Of a DNA stretch of 64,000 bases, positions 9,135 to 19,080 are shown piece after piece; within the stretch, counting starts at the first letter, position 1, and each line of letters opens with the position of its first letter. Origin of the DNA: a bacterium (GTDB taxonomy: Bacteria > Sysuimicrobiota > Sysuimicrobiia > Sysuimicrobiales > Segetimicrobiaceae); assembly GCA_035307765.1 (NCBI GenBank), contig DATGHU010000034.1:127417-191416 (forward strand), in the 5' to 3' direction. A program made the translations under genes and the position numbers. The notes beneath the pieces were generated by a model, which saw only the letters and a list, made by a program, of their open reading frames with translations, searched no databases and was not told where the DNA came from.

Positions 9135-9764
9135 TCAGCGGGTACCGTACAAACGGTCCCCGGCATCGCCCAACCCGGGCAGGATGTACCCGTGCTCGTT
9201 CAACCGCTCGTCGACCGCGGCGGTGTAGATGTCCACGTCGGGGTGCCCGGAGTGGACCCGCCGGATCCCCTCGGGGGCGGCGATGAGCACCATCAGCCGG
9301 ATGGTGCGGGCCCCGCGCGTTTTGAGCAGATCGATCGATTCGACGGCCGATCCGCCGGTGGCCAGCATCGGATCCACCACCAGCACCTGGCGGTTGCCGA
9401 CATCGGGGGGGAGCTTGCAGTAGTAGGTGTGCGGAGCCAGGGTCGCGGGATCGCGGTAGATCCCGATGTGGCCGACCCGGGCCGTTGGCATCAGGCGGAG
9501 AATCCCCGCCTCCATCGCCAGCCCGGCTCGGAGGATCGGGACCACAGCGATTTCCTGCCCCGCGATCGTCGCCCCCTTCGCCAGGGTCAGGGGGGTCTGC
9601 ACGTCGATCGGGCGGACCGGCAGGTCGCTGGTTGCCTCAAAGGCCATCAGCATCGCGATCTCCTCGACCAGCTCGCGGAACTCTTTGTGGCCCGTCCGCT
9701 GGTCACGGAGGATCGAAAGTTTGTGCTGGATCAGGGGGTGGTCGAAGACCCGAACCTGACCCAC
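9135..9764 (-). CDS. upp: uracil phosphoribosyltransferase
   Basis: 209 aa. PRPP-binding [13 protein letters not shown] motif and overall UPRTase similarity. Confidence 0.9.
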   Translation of the reverse strand: MGQVRVFDHPLIQHKLSILRDQRTGHKEFRELVEEIAMLMAFEATSDLPVRPIDVQTPLTLAKGATIAGQEIAVVPILRAGLAMEAGILRLMPTARVGHIGIYRDPATLAPHTYYCKLPPDVGNRQVLVVDPMLATGGSAVESIDLLKTRGARTIRLMVLIAAPEGIRRVHSGHPDVDIYTAAVDERLNEHGYILPGLGDAGDRLYGTR

Positions 9765-9802
9765 CGACTACCGCCCCATTCCGCCGAGCCGACGCGACAC
9801 GA

Positions 9803-11056
9803 TCAGGTCACTTCCACCGGCTCCGGGTAGACGGGGAATGAGGTGCACAGATCCCTCACCTGGCCGCGCACGCGCTCGGCGATCGCCGCGTCCTCGGGAG
9901 CTTGGAGCACCTCGTCGATCCAGGCAGCGATCCGTCGCATCTCTTTGGGGCCCATCCCGCGTGTCGTCATCGCGGGCGTCCCGATTCTGATTCCGCTGGT
10001 GGTCATCGGTTTTTCCGGATCGAAGGGAATCATGTTCTTGTTCACGATGATGTGGGCGTTCCCCAACGCCTTCTCCGCCTTTCGCCCGGTGAGAGACCGC
10101 TTGCGCACGTCGAGCAGCACCAGGTGATTATCCGTGCCCCCAGAGACGACGTGATAGCCGGTACTCCGGAACGCCTCCGCCAACGCGCGCGCGTTCTCGA
10201 CGATGCGCGCGGCATAGGTTCGAAACGCCGGCTGGGAAGCTTCCAGGAAGCACACCGCCTTGGCGGCGATACAGTGCTCGAGCGGGCCGCCCTGGAGACC
10301 GGGGAATACCGCTTTGTCAACCTGCGACGCGTAGGAAGCCCGGCAGAGGATCATTCCGCCGCGCGGGCCGCGCAGCGTTTTGTGGGTCGTCGACGTCACG
10401 ACATCCGCGTACGGCACCGGATCCGGATGCGCCTTCCCGGCCACCAGTCCAGAGAAGTGAGCCATGTCCACCATCATCAAGGCGCTCACATCATCGCAGA
10501 TCGCCCGGATGCGCGGGAAGTCAAAGGTACGGGAGTACGCGGTCGCTCCGGTGACGATGATCTTTGGACGGTGCTCCTTGGCCAACCGTGCGAGCACGTC
10601 GTAATCGATCTGTTCGCTGCGCTCGTCGACCCCGTACGGGATGACGCGGTAGAGTTGGCCGGAAAAGTTCACCGGGCTCCCGTGGGTCAGGTGCCCGCCG
10701 TGCGCCAGATTCATCGCCAGGATCGGATCGCCGGGCTTAATAAAAGCGAAGTACGCGGCCATATTCGCTTGAGCCCCTGCATGCGGTTGGACGTTCGCGT
10801 GCTCGGCGCCGAACAGAGTTTTAGCCCGATCGATGGCCAACTGCTCCACGACATCGACGAACTCGCACCCGCCGTAGTAGCGTTTGCCGGGATACCCCTC
10901 GGCGTACTTGTTGGTCAGCGCGGTCCCGAGGGTTTCCAGGATGGCGCGGCTCGCGTAGTTCTCCGATGCGATGAGATTCACTTGGAAGCGCTGGCGCTCG
11001 ACGTCCTGGGCGATCGCCTGCGCGACATCTGGATCCGTCCTCCGAAGCTCGCTCAT
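9803..11056 (-). CDS. glyA: serine hydroxymethyltransferase
   Basis: 417 aa. [26 protein letters not shown] (PLP lysine) motifs. Confidence 0.95.
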   Translation of the reverse strand: MSELRRTDPDVAQAIAQDVERQRFQVNLIASENYASRAILETLGTALTNKYAEGYPGKRYYGGCEFVDVVEQLAIDRAKTLFGAEHANVQPHAGAQANMAAYFAFIKPGDPILAMNLAHGGHLTHGSPVNFSGQLYRVIPYGVDERSEQIDYDVLARLAKEHRPKIIVTGATAYSRTFDFPRIRAICDDVSALMMVDMAHFSGLVAGKAHPDPVPYADVVTSTTHKTLRGPRGGMILCRASYASQVDKAVFPGLQGGPLEHCIAAKAVCFLEASQPAFRTYAARIVENARALAEAFRSTGYHVVSGGTDNHLVLLDVRKRSLTGRKAEKALGNAHIIVNKNMIPFDPEKPMTTSGIRIGTPAMTTRGMGPKEMRRIAAWIDEVLQAPEDAAIAERVRGQVRDLCTSFPVYPEPVEVT

Positions 11057-11191
11057 GATGCACGCCTCCCTTCGCGCCGACCGTCCTCCGGCGCCCTACT
11101 GGTCCTCACTTCCGCGCACGCCGGTCGACCCCTGCCCGGCACTTCGCCACGCGCGCGGCAACCTCCAGACCGGAAAAGGTCCGGGACTCTT

Positions 11192-11848
11192 CTACCGAAC
11201 ACCATCGGGGACCGCGATCTCGCCCAGCACCTCGCGGATCGCGGCGAGCGGAACGGCCCCGACCCGCACCACCCCGGGCGGGGTCCGCGTGACGTCGACG
11301 ACGGTTGACGGCCTGGCCAACGGGCACCGCCCCCCGTCCAAGATCAGGTCGACGTTGGCGCCCAGATCGAGGGCAACCTGCACCGCCGTGACCGGTGAGG
11401 GGAACCCGTGGGTGTTCGCGCTGGTGCCGACGATCGGAGCGCCGAGCATGTGGCAGATTGCGGCTGCGATCGGCAGCCCTGGTTGCCGCACCCCGATCGT
11501 CTCCCCACCGCCGGCGAGGGCGCGGGACAGGCTCGGCGCCATACGGCACACGATCGTGAGCGGTCCGGGCCAGAACCGATCCGCCAGCCGAACGGCGCTC
11601 TGCGGAAGTTCCGCCACCACCTGGCGCCACTGCGTGCGGTCCGCGACCAGCACCGGCACAGGGTCACTCGGCGGGCGCCGCTTGGCGGCAAACACTCGCG
11701 TGACCGCGACCTCGTCGGCCGCGACCGCACCCAACGCGTAGAAGGTTTCGGTGGGAAAGGCCACGAGCCCCCCGTCGCGGAGCATCTCCAGCGCTCTGCG
11801 CGGCACGTCCTGACTCTTCTGATCAACCCCGATGATCTCCATCGCCAC
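11192..11848 (-). CDS. tsaC: L-threonylcarbamoyladenylate synthase (TsaC/YrdC family)
   Basis: 218 aa, YrdC-only fold (FPTETFYALGA, GTSANTHG); no Sua5 C-terminal domain. Confidence 0.8.
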   Translation of the reverse strand: MAMEIIGVDQKSQDVPRRALEMLRDGGLVAFPTETFYALGAVAADEVAVTRVFAAKRRPPSDPVPVLVADRTQWRQVVAELPQSAVRLADRFWPGPLTIVCRMAPSLSRALAGGGETIGVRQPGLPIAAAICHMLGAPIVGTSANTHGFPSPVTAVQVALDLGANVDLILDGGRCPLARPSTVVDVTRTPPGVVRVGAVPLAAIREVLGEIAVPDGVR

Positions 11849-12779
11849 CCACTTTCAGAGCGATGACCACTCGCTCGACCCCAGCGTAGTCGTGCACGAT
11901 GCAGGCAGGGGCAAATTGGCCTGTGCGATCGACGAGCTCGGCGATCGTGCGGGCCTGGTTCCAGACCGCCGACACTTCAAGGGCAAGCACTCCGCCGGCG
12001 GCGAGGTAGTGCCCGGCTTCGGCAATGATGGGGCGGTGGACGCTGAGGCCGTCGGGCCCTCCATCCAGAGCCACCGCGGGTTCGGCGTCGCGCACGTCGC
12101 GCGGCAGGTTGGTGAGCTCCGCCGTCGGGATATAGGGGGGGTTGGCCACCAGCGCGTCGACTCGACCCTCAAGGCCCCAAAATCTCAGGGGAACCAGCGC
12201 CGATCCTTCGGCCCATTCCAGGCGCTCCGCCACGCCACCCTGAGCGGCGTTGATCCGCGCCACCTCAAGGGCGGCCGCCGAAACGTCGGTAGCAAACACC
12301 CGCGCCCGCGGGAGCAGGCGCGCCACCGCAATAGCGATCGCGCCGCTCCCGGTCCCGATATCCACGACCCGCGGGCTAGGGTGGTCCCGGAGGGCAGCTC
12401 CCACCACCTCGACGAGTCGCTCGGTCTCGGGGCGAGGGATCATCACACGGGCGTCCACCATGAAGTCGATCCCGAAGAACTCCCGGTGCCCCACGAGATA
12501 GGCAACCGGAATCCCCGCCGCCCGACGCGCGATCAGCGAAGCGTACACGGCCTCGGCGTCGGGTGGGAGCGGCGCACCGGGTCGAGCGAACAGCTCCTCC
12601 CGGCTCAGCCCGGCCGCGTGGCGGAGCAGGACCTCCGCCTCCAAGGGCCCGTCCAGGGGCGCCTCTACCATCTGGCGCAGCCGGGCCGTCCCCCACACCC
12701 ACGCCTCGCGGCGGGATCGGGCGGGGGGATCGGATCGAGATCGGGATATCGGCGCAGCGATGCGCTGGTCGGGGATCAC
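11823..12779 (-). CDS. prmC: release-factor glutamine N5-methyltransferase
   Basis: SAM-binding VVDIGTGSGAIAI and catalytic NPPY motif; immediately downstream of and overlapping prfA. Confidence 0.85.
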   Translation of the reverse strand: MIPDQRIAAPISRSRSDPPARSRREAWVWGTARLRQMVEAPLDGPLEAEVLLRHAAGLSREELFARPGAPLPPDAEAVYASLIARRAAGIPVAYLVGHREFFGIDFMVDARVMIPRPETERLVEVVGAALRDHPSPRVVDIGTGSGAIAIAVARLLPRARVFATDVSAAALEVARINAAQGGVAERLEWAEGSALVPLRFWGLEGRVDALVANPPYIPTAELTNLPRDVRDAEPAVALDGGPDGLSVHRPIIAEAGHYLAAGGVLALEVSAVWNQARTIAELVDRTGQFAPACIVHDYAGVERVVIALKVGGDGDHRG

Positions 12780-13852
12780 GAGGCGGCGGTGAGACTCTCC
12801 GCGTGACTCGCCGCCGCGAGCGCTTCGATCAAGTCGTCGAGGGCACCGTCCAACACGGTGGGGAGATCGTGGACGGTCTTTCCGATCCGGTGGTCGGTGA
12901 TTCTATCCTGGGGAAAGTTGTACGTGCGGATCTTCTCGCTACGCTCACCGCTGCCGACCTGCCTGCGACGCGCTAGGGCGATTTCAGCCTGCTGCTGCTC
13001 AATGGCCCGTTCCAGCAAGTGCGCACGCAGGATCCGCATCGCCTTCTCGCGGTTTTGATGCTGAGACCGCTCATCCTGGCAGGCAATGACGATTCCGGTC
13101 GGCAGATGTGTGATCCGGACCGCGGTCTCGACTTTGTTGACGTTCTGGCCGCCCGCCCCGCCCGACCGATAGATGTCGATCCGGAGCTCATCAGGTCGGA
13201 TCACGACATCCACTTCCTCGGCTTCCGGGAGGACCGCCACGGTCGCGGTGGACGTGTGGATCCGACCGCTGGCCTCAGTGGCGGGGACCCGCTGCACCCG
13301 GTGCACCCCGCTCTCGTACTTCAGCCGGCTGTACGCCCCTCGCCCCTGAATGCCGATGATAGCCTCCTTGAACCCGCCGAGACCTGTGGGGCTGCTGGAG
13401 AGCACCTCAGACTTCCACCCGTGGCGCTCCGCATACCGCATGTACATCCGGAGGAGGTCCCCGGCAAACAACGCGGCTTCCTCTCCACCCGCCCCGGCCC
13501 GAATCTCCACGATCACGCTCCGATCATCTCGGGGATCCCGGGGAACCAGGAGTTGTTCGATCGTCCGGGTTAAGTGGGCCTGCCGCGCGGCGAGGACGGC
13601 TTTCTCGGAGGCGGCGAGCGCGCGCAACTCGGGATCGCTCTCGCGCGATAGCGCGTCGACGTCGCCGAGCTCGCGGGTGATCCGCCGGTACTCTTGAAAG
13701 GCGGTCACCACCTGGGTGAGGCTGGCGTGCTCGCGCGCCACCTGCTGATATTGCCCGGGATCGGAGAAAATGGTGGGGTCCGCCAGCCGTTGGGCGAGCT
13801 CCTGGTGATGAGCCTCCAGTGCTTCAAGCCGGGTCAGGACTTCCGGACGCAC
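12776..13852 (-). CDS. prfA: peptide chain release factor 1
   Basis: 358 aa; GGQ motif (SGGAGGQNVNKVETAVRITHLPTG); GTG start preceded by AGGAGG. Confidence 0.95.
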   Translation of the reverse strand: MRPEVLTRLEALEAHHQELAQRLADPTIFSDPGQYQQVAREHASLTQVVTAFQEYRRITRELGDVDALSRESDPELRALAASEKAVLAARQAHLTRTIEQLLVPRDPRDDRSVIVEIRAGAGGEEAALFAGDLLRMYMRYAERHGWKSEVLSSSPTGLGGFKEAIIGIQGRGAYSRLKYESGVHRVQRVPATEASGRIHTSTATVAVLPEAEEVDVVIRPDELRIDIYRSGGAGGQNVNKVETAVRITHLPTGIVIACQDERSQHQNREKAMRILRAHLLERAIEQQQAEIALARRRQVGSGERSEKIRTYNFPQDRITDHRIGKTVHDLPTVLDGALDDLIEALAAASHAESLTAAS

Positions 13853-13865
13853 GCGACCTCCTTCG

Positions 13866-13875
13866 GATCTTCCCT
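13866..13875 (-). promoter_or_regulatory. extended -10 element (TGcTATAAT) upstream of prfA
   Basis: Minus-strand gaTGcTATAATagg about 20 nt upstream of the prfA RBS; no clear -35. Confidence 0.3.
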
Positions 13876-14286
13876 ATTATAGCATCGGACGGATGCCCTC
13901 CCGCCCGGCTCCGACTCACCGATGAGCACCACGCGCGGTGCCGGGATCGCTTCTTCGATCAGCGTGTCGTCCGGCCCCGGCCATCCAGCAGTGCGGCCAC
14001 ATTCCAAGGGCCGCGGGCGCCGGGACGATCCCCCCCCCGGCGCACAGCCGGAGGATCTCGTCGCTCGCCGCGCAGCCACAGGCAGGAGCAGGGCAGGGCT
14101 CGAGCCGACGGGGCATGGACGAACCACGCGCCGCGGAACCCCAGACGACGCGACCGGCACGGTCAAGAGAACGCCGTCCCGCAACGGGGGAGAAGGCGGC
14201 CGCTCACGCACGGGCGGGGTGAAGCGGTGACGACGGAGGCGCAGGCTGGCGGGGGGAGGCGTCCGATCGGCCGCGGGGCCGCGGCG

Positions 14287-14490
14287 TCAGATCTGGATGC
14301 CGTACTTCTTGGCAAATTTCTGCACGCGGCCCTCGGAATCCACGAACTTGCGCTGGCCGGTGTAGAAGGGATGACACTTCGAGCAGATCTCCACTCGGAT
14401 GTTCTCGCGCGTCGACCCAGTCGTGAACGTCTCGCCGCAGGCGCAGGTAACCGTGGTTTGCTTGTAATTGGGATGAATGCCCTTCTTCAT
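14287..14490 (-). CDS. rpmE: 50S ribosomal protein L31
   Basis: [27 protein letters not shown]...[10 protein letters not shown] zinc-ribbon L31 signature; start at 14490 within the longer ORF. Confidence 0.9.
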   Translation of the reverse strand: MKKGIHPNYKQTTVTCACGETFTTGSTRENIRVEICSKCHPFYTGQRKFVDSEGRVQKFAKKYGIQI

Positions 14491-14658
14491 GGGAAGCCCA
14501 CCTCGGGCCCCGCGCCGGGGTGACCGCTGGCGTCGGGGCGGATACAACAGGCGAAATTATACCACACCCCTGATGCACGCGCAAACGCGGCATCGCCCTC
14601 CTTCCAAAGCGGTGGACGCCGTCGGGTTCGGCCGGGAAGGGTGTGCGGATGAGGACGG

Positions 14659-15744
14659 CTAGGGGTGCCGGTGTTCGTTCGTGGAAGCCGCGGGCGTCGT
14701 CGCCAGGACGACCAAAGGATCGCCCGGTCGCACGTACCGGGTCGGATCCTGCGGAACGCCGTTGCGCCGGACTTCAAAGAGCAGATGCGGACCGGTGCTC
14801 CAACCGGTGCTGCCGATCCGTCCCATGAGCTGCCCCATGGCGACCCGCTCTCCGAACGAAACAAGCACCGAAGAGAGGTGGGAGTAAGTTGTCTGCAACC
14901 CGTTCCCGTGATCGACAATGACCATCCGGCCATACCCCATCATCCACCCCACGAACTGTACGATGCCGCCCCGCGCGGCGCGGACCGGCGTGCCGAGCCG
15001 GTTGGCGATGTCGATGCCGGTGTGAAACTCCCGAGTGCCGAAGATCGGGTGAACCCGCCAACCGAACCGCGAGGTAATCTTCCCCTCGGTCGGCTGGAGC
15101 ATCGCGGGCTCATCGGCCTCCGGCACCCCCATGCGAACCGGGACGGAGCGGATGGAGGTCGCGGAGATCTGCTCCCGCGTTGAGGGCGTCCGCCGCGGCG
15201 CCGTCGAGGCGGGGTGCGCACTATCTACCCCTGGAACGACAAGCACCTGCCCAGGGTGTAGCAATGCATCCAGCGAGAGGTGATTAGCGTCCGCCAAGGT
15301 CTCCACGCGGACGCCGGCGTCGTGGGAGATTCTCCAGAGCGTCTCACCCGCGGCCACCGTATGCGTGGCGGGGGCGACGGGTACTGCGGCGGTTTCCGGG
15401 GATGGGATCACAAGAACCTGGCCGGGATGCAGCAGCGCCCCGGGGGCGAGCCGATTGGCCGCCAGAAGAACGTCGACCGTGACCCCCGCACTCTGCGAGA
15501 TCCCCCAAGGTGTCTCGCCCGGGGCCACGGTGTGGGAGCCGACGCTCGCCACGGCGGGGCCGGCCGCAGGCGTCGCGAGCGAAAGATCGCTTGACCGCAG
15601 GTGCACCACCGGCACCAACGCGGAGGGGGCGGCGGGTTTCCCGGGATCTGCTTTGGCGAGATCTAGAGGAACGGCCAGAGGAACGGCCGCGAGGGTGAGT
15701 GCGAGCAACAAGCCTGCCACCACCAGCTGGGCGCGATCTGCCAT
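14659..15744 (-). CDS. M23 family metallopeptidase with two LysM domains
   Basis: Signal/TM N-terminus; two LysM repeats (HTVAPGETPWGISQ..., HTVAAGETLWRISH...); C-terminal M23 motifs (HTGIDI, GYGRMVIVDHGNG, GSTGWSTGPHLLFEV). Confidence 0.85.
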   Translation of the reverse strand: MADRAQLVVAGLLLALTLAAVPLAVPLDLAKADPGKPAAPSALVPVVHLRSSDLSLATPAAGPAVASVGSHTVAPGETPWGISQSAGVTVDVLLAANRLAPGALLHPGQVLVIPSPETAAVPVAPATHTVAAGETLWRISHDAGVRVETLADANHLSLDALLHPGQVLVVPGVDSAHPASTAPRRTPSTREQISATSIRSVPVRMGVPEADEPAMLQPTEGKITSRFGWRVHPIFGTREFHTGIDIANRLGTPVRAARGGIVQFVGWMMGYGRMVIVDHGNGLQTTYSHLSSVLVSFGERVAMGQLMGRIGSTGWSTGPHLLFEVRRNGVPQDPTRYVRPGDPLVVLATTPAASTNEHRHP

Positions 15745-16031
15745 GCAGGCCTCCCGAGGTTGCGCGATCCGAGATTGTTGAGGAGTTCTTGGGCTACCGA
15801 ATCGCCTGTGCTGCGTGTGTGATCCGAAGCACCAGCAATAATGTATGCCAGATTATTGCGAGGACTAGCCCATACGTTTGAGCCCGTGGGAGAGAATTCC
15901 TGCAACTCCGGGGGATTTTCCCGTGAACAACGCGGATACGGACGTATGTTCCCCAAAGGACCGCGAAGGAGAGCGATCGGTGTGTGTGCGAGCGCCGGAC
16001 CGCGGCGGCTGCGCCGAGCTGACCCGGTCAG

Positions 16032-17291
16032 CTACGCGTCGTTGTCGCTGTTCTTAATGATCGACCGGAGGAACGCCTGGTTGTTTGGCGTCTTGCGCAA
16101 GCGGTCGAGAATCAATTCGGTCATGGCGACGGTGTCGAGCGTCTCTAGACTCTTCCGAAGCACCCAGACCTTGCGGAGTTCCTCCTCGTTCAGCAACAGC
16201 TCCTCGCGCCGCGTGCCGGAGAGCTTGATGTCGATCGCGGGGAACGTCCTGCGCTCCTGCAATTTGCGGTTGAGGTGCAACTCCATATTGCCGGTACCCT
16301 TGAATTCCTCGTAGATGACATCGTCCATGCGGCTTCCGGTATCGATCAACGCCGTAGCGATGATCGTGATGCTCCCCCCCTCTTCGATCTTGCGCGCGGC
16401 TCCAAAAAAGCGCTTGGGACGATGGAGCGCCGCAGGGTCGAGGCCGCCGGAGAGCGTCCGACCGCTCGGGGGAATCACGAGGTTGTTGGCCCGGGAGAAT
16501 CGGGTGAGGCTGTCGAGCAGAACGACGACGTCCCGCGCGCCCTCCACAAGCCGCTTTGCGCGTTCCAGCACCAGATCGGCCACCTGTACATGCTCTTCGG
16601 GCGGCCGATCGAAGGTCGACGCCACCACCTCGGCCTCCACCGACCGACGCATGTCGGTGACCTCCTCCGGCCGTTCGTCCAGAAGAAGGACCATCAGGTA
16701 AATCTCCTGATGGTTTTGCACGATGCTCTGCCCGATCTTCTTCAAGAGCATGGTCTTTCCGGCTTTGGGTGGGGACACGATCATGGCTCGCTGGCCTTTG
16801 CCGATGGGCGAGAACAGGTCCACGATGCGAACGGTCAGGTCGCTCTGAGGCAGTTCCAGCTTGAGCCGCTCTTGCGGAAACACCGGCGTGAGTTTCTCGA
16901 AATCGGGCCGTGACCGAGCCTGTTCGGGGTCGAGCCCATTCACCGCCTCGACGCGGAGAAGCGCGTAGTACTTCTCATTGTCCTTCGGCGCACGGACCTG
17001 TCCCAGAACCTCATCCCCCACTCGAAGCCCGAAGCGCTTGATCTGTGAGGGAGAAACATAGATGTCTTCCTGGCCGGGGAGGTAGCCGCTCGTGCGGAGG
17101 AAGCCGTATCCCTCCTGCATAACCTCGAGGATCCCCGAACGAAACATCAGCCCGCTTTGCTCCGTCTGCGCCTGCAAGATCTTCATGATCAGCTCCTGTT
17201 TGCGGTAGCGGCGAAAGTTGGGAATGCTGAGATCTTTGGCAAGATCCTGAAGCTCGTTTAGACTCTTGATTTCAAGTTCTGCGATCGCCAC
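16032..17291 (-). CDS. rho: transcription termination factor Rho
   Basis: 419 aa; N-terminal RNA-binding domain and RecA-like ATPase with Walker A (PPKAGKT). Confidence 0.95.
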   Translation of the reverse strand: MAIAELEIKSLNELQDLAKDLSIPNFRRYRKQELIMKILQAQTEQSGLMFRSGILEVMQEGYGFLRTSGYLPGQEDIYVSPSQIKRFGLRVGDEVLGQVRAPKDNEKYYALLRVEAVNGLDPEQARSRPDFEKLTPVFPQERLKLELPQSDLTVRIVDLFSPIGKGQRAMIVSPPKAGKTMLLKKIGQSIVQNHQEIYLMVLLLDERPEEVTDMRRSVEAEVVASTFDRPPEEHVQVADLVLERAKRLVEGARDVVVLLDSLTRFSRANNLVIPPSGRTLSGGLDPAALHRPKRFFGAARKIEEGGSITIIATALIDTGSRMDDVIYEEFKGTGNMELHLNRKLQERRTFPAIDIKLSGTRREELLLNEEELRKVWVLRKSLETLDTVAMTELILDRLRKTPNNQAFLRSIIKNSDNDA

Positions 17292-17363
17292 TACGGGCCA
17301 CCTCCACGCAGTCCCATCCCATCACAAGGGGCGGCATCCGAACTTCGGACGCTGGCCCGGCGC

Positions 17364-18611
17364 TCACTGCCCGGTGGCTTCGATATAGCCCGCTCGACCA
17401 CGGGGGCCGGTGAGCAGCATTAACACCTGATCGTTGGGCTTGAGATCACTCGGCGCCACCGCTTTGTTGTTCCGATAGACGGCGACCTGAGGCGTCAACG
17501 CGTAGCTTTGTACCGCCTGTGTCTCGACGCTTACCGTGATATCCGTAGACCCGACCCGCACGAGCTTCCCCTTCACATAGTTGAACTTATTCAGCGCGCC
17601 CATCACCGCCGCGATCGCCCCCGCGGATTCGCCTCGTGTCGTCGCGGCGTTCGGGTGGAAATTCCCGTCCGGCCCGGGGGGCATAATTCCTGTATCGATC
17701 GCCACCGCGACGTACCCATGCAGGGTCGGCGGGACATCCGCCGCATCCTTGACGGACAACGGCGCGGAGGATTTTTGGGTCGCCTCCCCCTGCCGGCCCA
17801 GCGCTCTGACAAGCAGCGCCGCGAACTCCGCACGGCTCACCTGCGAATTGGGACGGAAGGTATTGTCCGGAAACGTCGCCAGCAACCCCTTTTGAAATTG
17901 GAGGGTCACCGTCACCGAGTCGTCCTTTGCGGGCGACACCCCCATGATCTCGTACGGTCCCGGGGGAACGAATTTGTTATCCTGATCCTTTTGGAGCCAC
18001 CGGGTATCGTAGACAAACGATTTGCCGGAGGCCAGGACGAGGTTGAGGTCTCCCTGGACGAACGTCTGCCCGAGCGACCAGCGGGCCACCTCGGTGGTCC
18101 CGCGCCTAACAATAAAGTCATACTGTTGGGTAGTGGGGTATGTGAATTTTATGTCCTGCTTGCCCGAATTCGTGACTTTGAACGTCAGGTCGACAGCATC
18201 TTCGGTCCCGTACACCGCCTTGTCGGTCTCGAGGGAGTAGGTGACGTCGCCCTTCCGCACCTCGGCCTTTTGTTGTGAGACGGCACCGGTGTTGAGCAAC
18301 GCCGCGATCGCCGGTCGCACCTCCTCGGGGATCTCCGCGAGATCCTTGTAGTTCGGGATCCCTCCGGTCCCCTTGATGTCGAGCCCTAAGGCGAGTGCCT
18401 CGACCGCCCCGAGTCGGGTAATCGGCTGGCCGGGCTTGAACGTCCCGTCGGGGAATCCATGCAGCACCCCGGCCACAGACAATTTTTCGATCCCTCGCTG
18501 ATTGGGATCACCCTGGATGTCCGAGAACAACGCGGCTGACGCCGGCATGACGGCGACGACCACCGCGGCGGCAAGCGCCACCGCGGCGACAGCATGACTT
18601 CGATGGATCAT
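17364..18611 (-). CDS. S-layer homology (SLH) domain protein with a BsuPI-like (intracellular proteinase inhibitor) beta-sandwich domain
   Basis: Signal peptide (AVAAVALAAAVVVAVMPASA). SLH repeats (FSDIQGDPNQRGIEKLSVAGVLHGFPDGTFKP; FPDNTFRPNSQVSRAEFAALLVRALG). Central domain KAVYGTEDAVDLTFKVTNSGKQDIKFTYPTTQQYDFIVRR resembles BsuPI. Confidence 0.7.
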   Translation of the reverse strand: MIHRSHAVAAVALAAAVVVAVMPASAALFSDIQGDPNQRGIEKLSVAGVLHGFPDGTFKPGQPITRLGAVEALALGLDIKGTGGIPNYKDLAEIPEEVRPAIAALLNTGAVSQQKAEVRKGDVTYSLETDKAVYGTEDAVDLTFKVTNSGKQDIKFTYPTTQQYDFIVRRGTTEVARWSLGQTFVQGDLNLVLASGKSFVYDTRWLQKDQDNKFVPPGPYEIMGVSPAKDDSVTVTLQFQKGLLATFPDNTFRPNSQVSRAEFAALLVRALGRQGEATQKSSAPLSVKDAADVPPTLHGYVAVAIDTGIMPPGPDGNFHPNAATTRGESAGAIAAVMGALNKFNYVKGKLVRVGSTDITVSVETQAVQSYALTPQVAVYRNNKAVAPSDLKPNDQVLMLLTGPRGRAGYIEATGQ

Positions 18612-19080
18612 TGCACACCCTCCCCGCCCATGATTCAGATACCCCAATTTCAGCTTCTCCAGGCCCCCGCCCCCCCTCGGCTCGCCGGCGCGGATTCGCC
18701 AACTGCGGTCCCGATCTCTCCTCGCGTAATCCTTCGCGTCACTCGGTTCTCAATTTAGGGAGTGGCGAGAGGACGTCACCGACGAGAGGGAGAGGTGCAT
18801 GGAAACCAACTGCTCGCGGGGCCCGTCCGCTGGCTCAGATGCCGCACCACCCACGGGAAACGGCGTGTGGCGGAACGAGCTTCGGACAGGCGGCAAGACC
18901 TACCATAAAACTTTGGTCCGCGGTATTCGCCGTTGAGTCCTATTTTCCTCCCTATCCCTGCTTGGATCGTTTGCTCACTCGAAAGGGGGCGGGAGCCGCA
19001 TTGATGCTGTGCAGGTACTCTTCTCATGTATACCACGCCGGATCGCGCACGGCAACAGCCGTATGTTCGGGCTCGGGCCC

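Noticed and set aside
9902-11308. 468-aa plus-strand ORF antisense to glyA
   Set aside because: No domain-like sequence; glyA on the opposite strand is unambiguous.
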